From the NCBI GenBank assembly GCA_964471795.1, contig CAYYHM010000007.1, positions 1,221-65,220 of the forward strand: a stretch of DNA of 64,000 nucleotides, given 5' to 3'. The position numbers were made by a program, and so were the translations under genes. The notes beneath the pieces were generated by a model. The model was not told where the DNA came from, did not search any database, and saw only the letters and a program-made list of their open reading frames with translations. This DNA comes from an uncultured Chitinophagales bacterium. GTDB lineage: Bacteria; Bacteroidota; Bacteroidia; Chitinophagales; S012-47. Below are positions 53,310 to 61,360 of the stretch, one piece after another (position 1 is the stretch's first letter; every line of letters starts with the position of its first letter).

Positions 53310-54814
53310 GGATAGTAATGCGGATTATTGGATTACTCATGTTCTACCTGGGGCTGGGCATCACACTCCATGCCCAGCAACCCTTTGCCTATCCCATAGA
53401 CTTTGAAGATAATGTGGAGACAGCAGGGCAAATGACCATATATAATGATACAGTCTATTTTTTATCAAAGGGTTGGTCGCAAACGGATACACTGCGAAGG
53501 CGAAAAATGGTTCTACAGGCCTGTGATTTGGAGGGGCAGGTGATTTTTCAGCAAAAGCTATTTGGAGACGATATGCATAGCTATCAACCCGCCCCCTTCA
53601 ATGAACTACCGGTAACCAATGACGGTCACTTTCTGGTAGTAGGTATGCGAAATGATTTGATCAGCCCCACCCATCAGGCGGACATCTTTGTGGCGAAGGT
53701 GACCCGGCAGGGCGATACGGTGTGGACGAAGACCTACCCGCGGTACAACACCAGCGAGTGGCCCTTTGCTATTGGGTATAGCCCCAATGGGATGCTCATT
53801 ATCACCGGTGCCCGTAACAAACCGGGTGGTGACCTGGATGGTATGATTGTAGCCATTGATACCGCTACAGGTCAGTTTTTATGGGAGAATTATATTGACT
53901 ATGGAGAGCATGATGGATTTTCCGATTTGGAATTTGATTCTACAGCCATGGAAATCATTGTTAGTGGAGGTACACTGGCCTCTGGTATGAGTGGTTTTAA
54001 AGGTATGTTATGGTATTTTGATTATAGTGGGAAGTTTTTGCGTTCTAAGATGCTTTCCGGTCTGGAAGCTGGAGGTATTTCTCATTTGGCAAAGGCATTT
54101 GGAGGTCATGTTTCATTACAAAAAACACTCACCAATACTTTCGAGTACTATCCCCATCGCATCAGAAAATATAACCAAAACTGGAATGTACAATGGACCA
54201 CTATGATAGATGACCTGGGTGACGATTCAGAAATTGCTGAGGTATTTACCCTACCAGATGGGTCGATATGGATGGTAGGCTGGGCGTACACCAGTACCCA
54301 GCAGTATGCACAGGCGCTGAAGCTGGACAGTACCGGTACCATTGTGTGGCACAGGCGCTACTTCAGCAAGGATGTCACCGGCAGTAGTCCGCTCATCAAC
54401 TACGCCAACTACTACCCCGGCCCCAATGCCGTGTATGCAGTGGGTACCGTTACCGGTCCCGGGCAGAACAACAGCGACTCCTGGCTGGTGCGCTTCGATA
54501 GCATGGGCTGCCTGGTCCCCGGCTGCGATACGCTTTACACCGGCACGGCTCCCATGCCTTTCCAACCTGCCACCCTCCACATCTACCCCAACCCCGGCAC
54601 CACACAACTCACCATCGACCTGCCACCGGATTGGATCACCACCGCCACCCACCTACAGCTCCGCAACCTGCGCGGACAGATCGTCCACCACCAAGCCACA
54701 CAAGGCAACCTCCGTCAAACCGTAGCTACAGGTCATCTGCCTGCCGGCCTCTACCTCGTAGAGGTATGGAGTTCGGATGGTATGCTGGGCAGGGAGAAGT
54801 GGGTGAAATTGTGA
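53306..54814 (+). CDS. T9SS cargo protein with beta-propeller-like repeats
   Basis: 502 aa. The ATGA start/stop overlap with the upstream gene suggests translational coupling. Repeats are of the type D.FVAKVTRQGDTVWTKTY, DGMIVAIDTATGQFLWENY and DSWLVRFDSMGCLV. CTD LHIYPNPGTTQLTIDL...LPAGLYLVEVWSSDG. Confidence 0.75.
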   Translation: MRIVMRIIGLLMFYLGLGITLHAQQPFAYPIDFEDNVETAGQMTIYNDTVYFLSKGWSQTDTLRRRKMVLQACDLEGQVIFQQKLFGDDMHSYQPAPFNELPVTNDGHFLVVGMRNDLISPTHQADIFVAKVTRQGDTVWTKTYPRYNTSEWPFAIGYSPNGMLIITGARNKPGGDLDGMIVAIDTATGQFLWENYIDYGEHDGFSDLEFDSTAMEIIVSGGTLASGMSGFKGMLWYFDYSGKFLRSKMLSGLEAGGISHLAKAFGGHVSLQKTLTNTFEYYPHRIRKYNQNWNVQWTTMIDDLGDDSEIAEVFTLPDGSIWMVGWAYTSTQQYAQALKLDSTGTIVWHRRYFSKDVTGSSPLINYANYYPGPNAVYAVGTVTGPGQNNSDSWLVRFDSMGCLVPGCDTLYTGTAPMPFQPATLHIYPNPGTTQLTIDLPPDWITTATHLQLRNLRGQIVHHQATQGNLRQTVATGHLPAGLYLVEVWSSDGMLGREKWVKL

Positions 54815-54850
54815 GACTTTCAAAAATTGTTGATTTATAGGGTTATAAGT

Positions 54851-54929
54851 CCTGACAGGTTTTCGAAACCTGTCAGGTCTGACGATATCCAAAATAAACC
54901 TCCAAGGTTTCAAAAACCTTGGAGGTTTG
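54851..54929. repeat. 79-bp double-hairpin element, copy 2
   Basis: CCTGACAGGTTTTCGAAACCTGTCAGG...AAACCTCCAAGGTTTCAAAAACCTTGGAGGTTT. See copy 1. Starts 36 nt after the stop of the last T9SS gene. Confidence 0.95.
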
Positions 54930-55169
54930 AGCATAAGATAATCTATTATTTAATACCCATACTTAGCCTCACTGCGCCATGCTCCTCACGATATGACATA
55001 GCTTGCAGGTAAGAACTGATTTTATTTCAAGAATAAGATTATTTTCGATCCCTGTTTCGGCCATTGGAAGGATGGTGATAAAGTCCAACTCTTCAGTTCG
55101 ACATCCATTTCCTTGTTGTGGACCGCTTCAGGTGCAGCGTATCTTACTGGTAATGTAAACTAATTAGAT

Positions 55170-56189
55170 ATGTTTGACTATCTGAAGCGAAAAGTATTGT
55201 CCAACCGCAAGCTGCGAAAGGCCATCATCAGGGTACTGCGTCAGCAGCAATTATCCACTTTCTCCATCCACAAGTTTACGGTCTACGACTCGTTCAGGAA
55301 GGACAATGGTCGAGACATCGATCTATATAAAGGGCTCCGGTCGTTTGTGAATCCCGATTGGGAAAAGATGTTCCAGGCGCAAAAGGATACCGCTGATATC
55401 CCCTTTGATGCAGATATAGATTTGTTGACCAAGGAGTCCATGCTGTACTTCCTCTACTTCGAGAAGGTACTCATGTCATACGATATTTCCATGCAGGGTA
55501 GAAAGCTGTTGGAAATTGGGGCCGGCAACATGTTGCTATCCTGCCTGATGGCGAAAAAGTACCCGGATACGGAGATAGTAGCCAGTGGCGTGGATAGTTA
55601 CTACGATGATCTGGGAAAGGGTGCAGCCATTCAGGAAGCACGCAAAAAAGTGATGAACCATTTTGGTGTTTCTCTACCGTATGTGGCCGACAGTATCACC
55701 AGCAGTTCCTTTGAGGATGCTTCTTTCGATGTCCTTTTCAGTAACACCGTTTTGGAACATGTAGACGACATCAATGCCTGCTTCAATGAGATGAAAAGGA
55801 TACTGAAGCCGGGTGGTATCGGGTTCCATTTTTACAATCCCTTTTTCAGCTACAATGGTGGCCATACCAGCTGTAGTACCGATCATCCCTGGGGGCATTG
55901 TGTGCTCAGTGAGGCTGAATATTTGCGTTACCTCAAGGAAAAGGATGCCGCGAATGTAGACATCTCCATCACCTTTTACCGGAATGATTTGAACAAGAAA
56001 AGCCTGAAAGAATTCCGGGATGCCTTGGCTGCAGCAGGGTTTTCGCAGTACTCCATGATTCCGGAGACCAATTTCAATGTGAGCCAGTTGTTGCTGCCCT
56101 TCACGCTGCAGGAAACCAGGCAACACTATCCATTGATCACCCTGGAGGATCTGCTGACCAACTCGGTGTTGGTGGTTTTCCAAAAGTGA
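55170..56189 (+). CDS. Class I SAM-dependent methyltransferase
   Basis: 339 aa. Motif I-like LLEIGAGNMLLS and a Methyltransf_11-like FDVLFSNTVLEHVDD...LKPGG. Confidence 0.75.
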   Translation: MFDYLKRKVLSNRKLRKAIIRVLRQQQLSTFSIHKFTVYDSFRKDNGRDIDLYKGLRSFVNPDWEKMFQAQKDTADIPFDADIDLLTKESMLYFLYFEKVLMSYDISMQGRKLLEIGAGNMLLSCLMAKKYPDTEIVASGVDSYYDDLGKGAAIQEARKKVMNHFGVSLPYVADSITSSSFEDASFDVLFSNTVLEHVDDINACFNEMKRILKPGGIGFHFYNPFFSYNGGHTSCSTDHPWGHCVLSEAEYLRYLKEKDAANVDISITFYRNDLNKKSLKEFRDALAAAGFSQYSMIPETNFNVSQLLLPFTLQETRQHYPLITLEDLLTNSVLVVFQK

Positions 56190-56199
56190 TTACGGGCTA

Positions 56200-56226
56200 C
56201 CGGAAGCAAGACTCTTCTTGTTCCGG
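56200..56226 (+). terminator. Hairpin between the methyltransferase and pnuC (terminator or attenuator candidate)
   Basis: CCGGAAGCAAGA-ctc-TCTTGTTCCGG (11 bp with one bulged G). There is no clear T-run. Its presence argues for the pnuC start at ATG 56245. Confidence 0.4.
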
Positions 56227-56244
56227 TATCTATCTTTGCGTGCC

Positions 56245-56877
56245 ATGTGGCAAACCGTAATTGATTTCCTGATAGCGCCCTACGAAGGCACTGCCACGTA
56301 CCTCATCGTGCTGGAAGCCATTGCGGTTGTGTTTGGTATTGCTTCGGTGTATTTCGCCAAGCAGCAGAACATCCTCGTGTATCCTACCGGCATTGTCAGC
56401 ACGTTGATCTATGTCTACATCCTGGCCATAGGGGCCTTCTTTGGCGATATGATGATCAACGGCTACTACACCATCATGAGTGTGTACGGGTGGGTGGTAT
56501 GGAGTAGGGTGGGCACGGATCATGCACCTCTCAAGGTAAGCTGGACCACACCACGAGAGCGTTGGATAGCATTGGGATTGTTTGCCATTACGGCCATCGT
56601 AGTATTTGTAGTGTACCAGGTGTATGGCAAGTTTGGTGCCTGGTACGATTATACCGATATGTTCACCACAGGCGTATTCTTTGCCGGCATGTGGCTGATG
56701 GCGAGGAAGAAGATCGAGAACTGGCACCTGTGGCTGATCGGAGATGTGGTTTCCATTCCGCTGTACTATGTGAAAGGCTATGGGATATCCATGTTGCAGT
56801 ATGCTGTATTTTTAGTGTTGGCTTGGCAAGGATTCCAGGCATGGAAGAAAAGCTATTACATAGCTAGTGATACATAG
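56245..56877 (+). CDS. pnuC: Nicotinamide riboside transporter PnuC
   Basis: Multi-TM protein with VYFAKQQNILVYPTGIVSTLIYVYI and WLIGDVVSIPLYYVKG, typical of PnuC. The track start TTG 56218 is possible but would overlap the hairpin. Confidence 0.85.
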   Translation: MWQTVIDFLIAPYEGTATYLIVLEAIAVVFGIASVYFAKQQNILVYPTGIVSTLIYVYILAIGAFFGDMMINGYYTIMSVYGWVVWSRVGTDHAPLKVSWTTPRERWIALGLFAITAIVVFVVYQVYGKFGAWYDYTDMFTTGVFFAGMWLMARKKIENWHLWLIGDVVSIPLYYVKGYGISMLQYAVFLVLAWQGFQAWKKSYYIASDT

Positions 56878-56894
56878 AGAAAGGCCTAACTGAA

Positions 56895-57083
56895 TCAAGA
56901 AAATGCCAGACAAGCGCTGATATGGATATCAGTGATTTCCGGAAAGTCTGCTTTGATTTCTTCTCGTGTCATACCGGACGCCAGCCAACTTAACACATCA
57001 TACACAGAAATTCTGGTTCCTTTGATGCAAGGTTTTCCAAAGCGTTTGTCCGGATTGATTACGATATAAGCTGAATAGTCCAT
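56895..57083 (-). CDS. DUF433 domain protein (antitoxin-like HTH), no partner gene
   Basis: MDYSAYIVINPDKRFGKPCIKGTRISVYDVLSWLASGMTREEIKADFPEITDIHISACLAF is the typical DUF433 pattern. The start is set at the second ATG (57083). Confidence 0.75.
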   Translation of the reverse strand: MDYSAYIVINPDKRFGKPCIKGTRISVYDVLSWLASGMTREEIKADFPEITDIHISACLAFS

Positions 57084-57201
57084 GATTGTTTTTGTGGGTG
57101 TTCCAAATATAAGTGGAATGGCCGTAATAAAATTCATAACACATCTGTACGGAATGGGAGTAGCATGGACGCATCCTTGAGTTGATTACCTTTGAAGACC
57201 C

Positions 57202-57774
57202 ATGGCATCCCTGCTTCATCAAGAAAAGATTCCAGAGCTCATCAGAGTAGTCCTGTACGGCCCGGAAAGTACCGGTAAAACCACGATGGCGAGGCTGTTG
57301 GCCATGCACTACGATACCGAATGGGTACCCGAATACGCACGGGAATACCTGGAGGAGAAGATGATACGTACCGGTGTCAACTGCCTGCTGGAAGATATCC
57401 TGCCCATCGCCATTGGGCAGCAGCAGTTGGAGAATCAATTAGCTCTCCAAGCGCGCCACCACCTGTTGGTCTGCGATACCGACTTGCTCACCACCAAAGC
57501 CTACTCCGACCTGTTTTATGGGGAAAGTCCGCCCGAACTGAATGCAGCCATTCCTCACCTGTACCACGACTTATACCTGCTCACCGACATTGATGTGCCC
57601 TGGCAAGCTGATGCCATCCGCGACAGGCCGGATAGTCGTGCTGTCATGTTGGCTTATTTCGAGGAACTGCTGCACCGATATGGTAAACGCTATGTGAAGA
57701 TATCCGGCAACGTAGAGGAGCGTTTACAACAAGCCATACCCATCATTGACGAACTGTTGGGTAAACCCGTTTGA
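57202..57774 (+). CDS. NadR-type nicotinamide riboside kinase / AAA ATPase domain protein
   Basis: 190 aa. P-loop VVLYGPESTGKTTMARLLA and EWVPEYAREYL resemble the NadR C-terminal RNK domain. Genomic association with pnuC. Confidence 0.75.
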   Translation: MASLLHQEKIPELIRVVLYGPESTGKTTMARLLAMHYDTEWVPEYAREYLEEKMIRTGVNCLLEDILPIAIGQQQLENQLALQARHHLLVCDTDLLTTKAYSDLFYGESPPELNAAIPHLYHDLYLLTDIDVPWQADAIRDRPDSRAVMLAYFEELLHRYGKRYVKISGNVEERLQQAIPIIDELLGKPV

Positions 57775-57872
57775 GTTGTTCATTTGGTGGAAAAAGAATG
57801 ATGATGACTAACTGCCTTCCTGTTATTTTGGATGCCGGACATTGGATGTTGGACGTTTGACAATTGACCGAC

Positions 57873-57977
57873 AACTTTGAACTTTAAACTTTAAACTTTA
57901 AACTTTAAACTTTGAACCTTGAACCTACCTACGGCAGGCAGGCTTTGAACCTTGAACTTTCAACTTTGAACTTGCAC
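57873..57977. repeat. Heptamer microsatellite arrays (AACTTTA/AACTTTG/AACCTTG) flanking the core CCTACCTACGGCAGGCAGGCTT
   Basis: aactttgaactttaaactttaaactttaaactttaaactttgaaccttgaaCCTACCTACGGCAGGCAGGCTTtgaaccttgaactttcaactttgaacttgc. The 11-mer is at 57933-57943. The element overlaps the track's 5' end of meaB. Confidence 0.9.
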
Positions 57978-58970
57978 CCCCCCTCCACTGACCAACTCAT
58001 AGCCGGCATCCGTGCCGGAGACAGGTTTTTGCTCAGCCGGGCCATTACCCTGGTGGAGAGTACGTTGCCCAAACACCAGGCGGAAGCGCAAGCCATTGTG
58101 GAGGCATGTCTGCAGGTGCCAAGCCAAGCTGTCCGCGTGGGCATCACCGGAGTGCCGGGAGTGGGGAAAAGTACGTTCATCGAGGCATTGGGTACATTGC
58201 TTACAGCACGTGGACTAAAAGTGGCAGTGCTGGCGGTGGATCCCAGCAGTAGCGTTACCGGTGGCAGCATTTTGGGTGATAAGACACGCATGGAAAAGCT
58301 GTCCAACGATCCGTTGGCCTACATCCGTCCCAGTCCTTCAGGTAGTACAGTAGGGGGTGTGGCACGGAAGACCCGCGAAACCATCTTTTTGTGTGAGGCA
58401 GCCGGCTTCGATGTGATATTGGTGGAGACGGTAGGCGTAGGGCAAAGCGGAACTGCCGTGCATTCTATGGTCGATTTCTTTCTATTGCTGATGCTGGCCG
58501 GTGCGGGTGATGAACTACAAGGCGTAAAGCGGGGCATCATGGAGATGGCCGATGCCGTGGTAATCAACAAAGCCGATGGTGACAATGAGCGGCCTGCCGA
58601 ACAAGCCCGCATGCAATACAAGCAAGCGCTTCACCTGTTCCCTGCTACTGAATCGGGCTGGACACCCCAAGTACTTACCTGCTCGTCCTTGACAGGGAAA
58701 AGCATCGATACGGTTTGGAAAGTGGTGGAAGACTACCTGGCTACCACGAAAGAAAATGGCTACCACGACAGCCAACGGAAAGAACAGAATGCCTTCTGGC
58801 TGCACGAAACCATCGACCAACGGTTGCGGGATTGGTTTTATGGGAACGAGGCGGTGAAGCAGTCATTTCAAGAGCTGAAACAACAAGTAAAAGAAGGAAA
58901 CATCAGCTCGTTCCACGCAGCCGATCAACTGATGGTGCTATTTATTGAATCAGTGAAGAAGGGTGACTAG
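57912..58970 (+). CDS. meaB: Methylmalonyl-CoA mutase-associated GTPase MeaB (ArgK family)
   Basis: LIAGIRAGDRFLLSRAITLVES, P-loop GITGVPGVGKSTFIE, DELQGVKRGIMEMADAVVINKADGDN. The true start is probably downstream of 57912 (in-frame TTG at 57966 or 57972), since the first ~20 codons are the heptamer array. Confidence 0.9.
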   Translation: MNLEPTYGRQALNLELSTLNLHPPSTDQLIAGIRAGDRFLLSRAITLVESTLPKHQAEAQAIVEACLQVPSQAVRVGITGVPGVGKSTFIEALGTLLTARGLKVAVLAVDPSSSVTGGSILGDKTRMEKLSNDPLAYIRPSPSGSTVGGVARKTRETIFLCEAAGFDVILVETVGVGQSGTAVHSMVDFFLLLMLAGAGDELQGVKRGIMEMADAVVINKADGDNERPAEQARMQYKQALHLFPATESGWTPQVLTCSSLTGKSIDTVWKVVEDYLATTKENGYHDSQRKEQNAFWLHETIDQRLRDWFYGNEAVKQSFQELKQQVKEGNISSFHAADQLMVLFIESVKKGD

Positions 58971-59185
58971 CACGCTTTGTCTCAAATCAGATACCTGCCT
59001 GGTACTTGCTGCTGTCATTGGATAACCTCCGAAGAAGCTGTAACGTATGCGGTAAATGCCTAACCTAGTAATTGATGCTTAGTGCAATCCTGAGTAATAC
59101 CCGCTAAAAAACCCAACCCAGTATACTTCGATAGCAACTCACTCATTTTCTCATTTTCTAATCACCTGATTATCAAATTATTATC

Positions 59186-59515
59186 TTATTCCTCCTCGCC
59201 ATCCTCCTCCTCAAAATCCCCCTCTTCCTCTTCGCGACCTGCTGATTCCTCATCATCCAATGGGCCATTCCAGTACTTTTCGTCCTTATAGGTGTTCTGG
59301 AACTCGCCCTCCTTGGTGATATCATCCCTGTCTACCAGCTTCTTGTCTTCCACCTCCCGATTCAGGAACTTGTTGATCTTATCGATGTCGTATGAGGTTA
59401 CGATTTGTCCGAACTCGTTGATGGTGATATCCAGGCCTTCCAGTTCCTTGTTTACCTTGGGCAGGCCGTGCATAGGCTTCTTCTTAGGCATAGCGTTGGT
59501 TTTACGGTGATACAA
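59186..59515 (-). CDS. Small acidic protein, unknown function
   Basis: 109-aa ORF (or from MPKKKP at the second ATG) ending in EEEEGDFEEEDGEEE. No recognised domain. Confidence 0.45.
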   Translation of the reverse strand: MYHRKTNAMPKKKPMHGLPKVNKELEGLDITINEFGQIVTSYDIDKINKFLNREVEDKKLVDRDDITKEGEFQNTYKDEKYWNGPLDDEESAGREEEEGDFEEEDGEEE

Positions 59516-59580
59516 CAGTCATTTCACCGATTGTAGTTCCATCCGTAAGTTACGATACACCGGGATGATAGACAATGATA

Positions 59581-61278
59581 TTACTTGGCAGCTTCTTTTG
59601 CCCAGGTATCGCGCAAACCTACCGTTCGGTTGAAGATCAGTTTCTCGCCAGTAGAATACTTGTCTACACAGAAGTAGCCCAACCGCTGGAACTGAAAGGT
59701 GTCACCGGGTTTGGCCGCTTGTAGACTCAGTTCCAACTTGCAGTCCGGTAGAATTTGCAGGGAGTCCGGATTCAAGAATTCCTTGAAGCTCTTCTCCTCA
59801 TCTGCTTCGGGGTCCTCTACTGAGAACAATCGGTCGTATTGCCTTACCTCTGCTGTGATGTGGTGAGAAGCCGACACCCAGTGCAGGGTGCCCTTTACCT
59901 TGCGCTCGCTTTCAGGTGTACCACTACCACTGCGGCTCAACGGATCGTAGGTGCAGTGGATCTCGGTGATGTGGCCATCGGCATCCTTTACCACACTATC
60001 GGCTTTTACAATGTAGGCACCTTTCAAGCGTACTTCATTGCCCAGCGACAGGCGGAAGAACTTCTTGGGTGCCTCTTCCATGAAATCTTCCCGCTCAATG
60101 TACAGCTCGCGGGAAAAGACCATCTCGCGAACGCCGGCTGTGGGATCTTCCGGGTTGTTTTCCGTCACTACCGTTTCGGCCTGGCCTTCGGGATAGTTGG
60201 TCAACACCACCTTCACCGGATTCAATACGGCCATCACGCGGTTGGTGGATTTGTTCAGGTCTTCGCGGATGCAGGACTCCAGCAACGCCACGTCAATGAT
60301 GTTCTCTCTTTTTGATACACCAACTACCTCTATAAACTGCCGGATAGCTGCTGCCGTATATCCCCTTCTTCGCAATCCGGAGATGGTGGGCATACGTGGA
60401 TCATCCCAGCCATCTACCACTCCTTCTTCCACCAGTTGCAGCAGCTTGCGCTTGCTCATGATGGTATAGTTGAGGTTGAGGCGGGCAAACTCACGCTGTT
60501 TGGGCGGTTGTGGCCATTGGTTGTCATCGAATACCTCCTGTACAAACCAATCATACAGCTCCCGGTGTGGCATGAACTCCAGCGAGCACAGTGAGTGGGA
60601 AATCTGCTCCAGGTAATCACTTTGGCCATGTGCCCAGTCGTATAAGGGGTAGATGCACCATTTGTCACCCGTACGGTGGTGGTGCTTGTACATGATGCGG
60701 TACATCAACGGATCGCGCATCAGCATGTTGGGGTGTGCCATGTCGATCTTGGCACGCAGTACATGTTCGCCCTCCTTGAATTTGCCGTCGCGCATACCAT
60801 AGAAAAGCTCCAGGTTTTCCTCCACAGAACGGTTGCGGAACGGGCTGTTGGTGCCCGGACTGGTGGGCGTACCCTTCTGGGTGGCCATGGCTTCGGAAGT
60901 CTGTGAGTCTACATACGCCTTGCCTTTCTGGATCAGTGCCACGGCCCAGTCGAACAACTGCTGGAAGTAGTCAGACGCATAGCATTCCTTGTCCCACGAG
61001 AAGCCCATCCAGGCCAGGTCTTCGCGGATGGCATCCACGTAGCGCTGTTCTTCCTTGGTAGGGTTGGTGTCGTCGAAGCGTAGGTTCACACGTGCGTTGT
61101 AAGCTTCTCCTAAGCCGAAGTTGAGGCAGAACGCCTTGGCATGGCCGATGTGCAGATAGCCATTCGGCTCCGGCGGAAACCGGAAGCGCAGGCGATCTGC
61201 CGGCAGACCACTTTTCAGGTCCTCTTCAATGATTTGTTCTATGAAGTTGAGGGAACGTTTTTCGTTGATTGGTTCCAT
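59581..61278 (-). CDS. glnS: Glutamine--tRNA ligase
   Basis: 565 aa. HIGH motif PEPNGYLHIGHAKA and KMSKS variant IMSKRKL. C-terminal GlnRS anticodon-binding beta-barrels (FQFQRLGYFCVD). Confidence 0.93.
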   Translation of the reverse strand: MEPINEKRSLNFIEQIIEEDLKSGLPADRLRFRFPPEPNGYLHIGHAKAFCLNFGLGEAYNARVNLRFDDTNPTKEEQRYVDAIREDLAWMGFSWDKECYASDYFQQLFDWAVALIQKGKAYVDSQTSEAMATQKGTPTSPGTNSPFRNRSVEENLELFYGMRDGKFKEGEHVLRAKIDMAHPNMLMRDPLMYRIMYKHHHRTGDKWCIYPLYDWAHGQSDYLEQISHSLCSLEFMPHRELYDWFVQEVFDDNQWPQPPKQREFARLNLNYTIMSKRKLLQLVEEGVVDGWDDPRMPTISGLRRRGYTAAAIRQFIEVVGVSKRENIIDVALLESCIREDLNKSTNRVMAVLNPVKVVLTNYPEGQAETVVTENNPEDPTAGVREMVFSRELYIEREDFMEEAPKKFFRLSLGNEVRLKGAYIVKADSVVKDADGHITEIHCTYDPLSRSGSGTPESERKVKGTLHWVSASHHITAEVRQYDRLFSVEDPEADEEKSFKEFLNPDSLQILPDCKLELSLQAAKPGDTFQFQRLGYFCVDKYSTGEKLIFNRTVGLRDTWAKEAAK

Positions 61279-61360
61279 GATATCGCTTTTCTTTCATGAA
61301 TGCCCGGGGGCAGCCATGAATGGGGATACAAAAGTACAGAGTTATAAGGTCTTGAAGGGG

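Noticed and set aside
54827-55012. Small ORFs translating the double-hairpin element (PDRFSKPVRS.. / KPPRFQKPWRF), on both strands
   Set aside because: The peptide-like symmetry is a by-product of the DNA palindromes. The same applies to copy 1, which has no comparable ORF context.
56190-56244. The hairpin upstream of pnuC as an NAD+ (pnuC-motif) riboswitch
   Set aside because: I see only one simple hairpin. I cannot match it to the class-II NAD+ riboswitch consensus from memory. It is kept only as a terminator/attenuator candidate.
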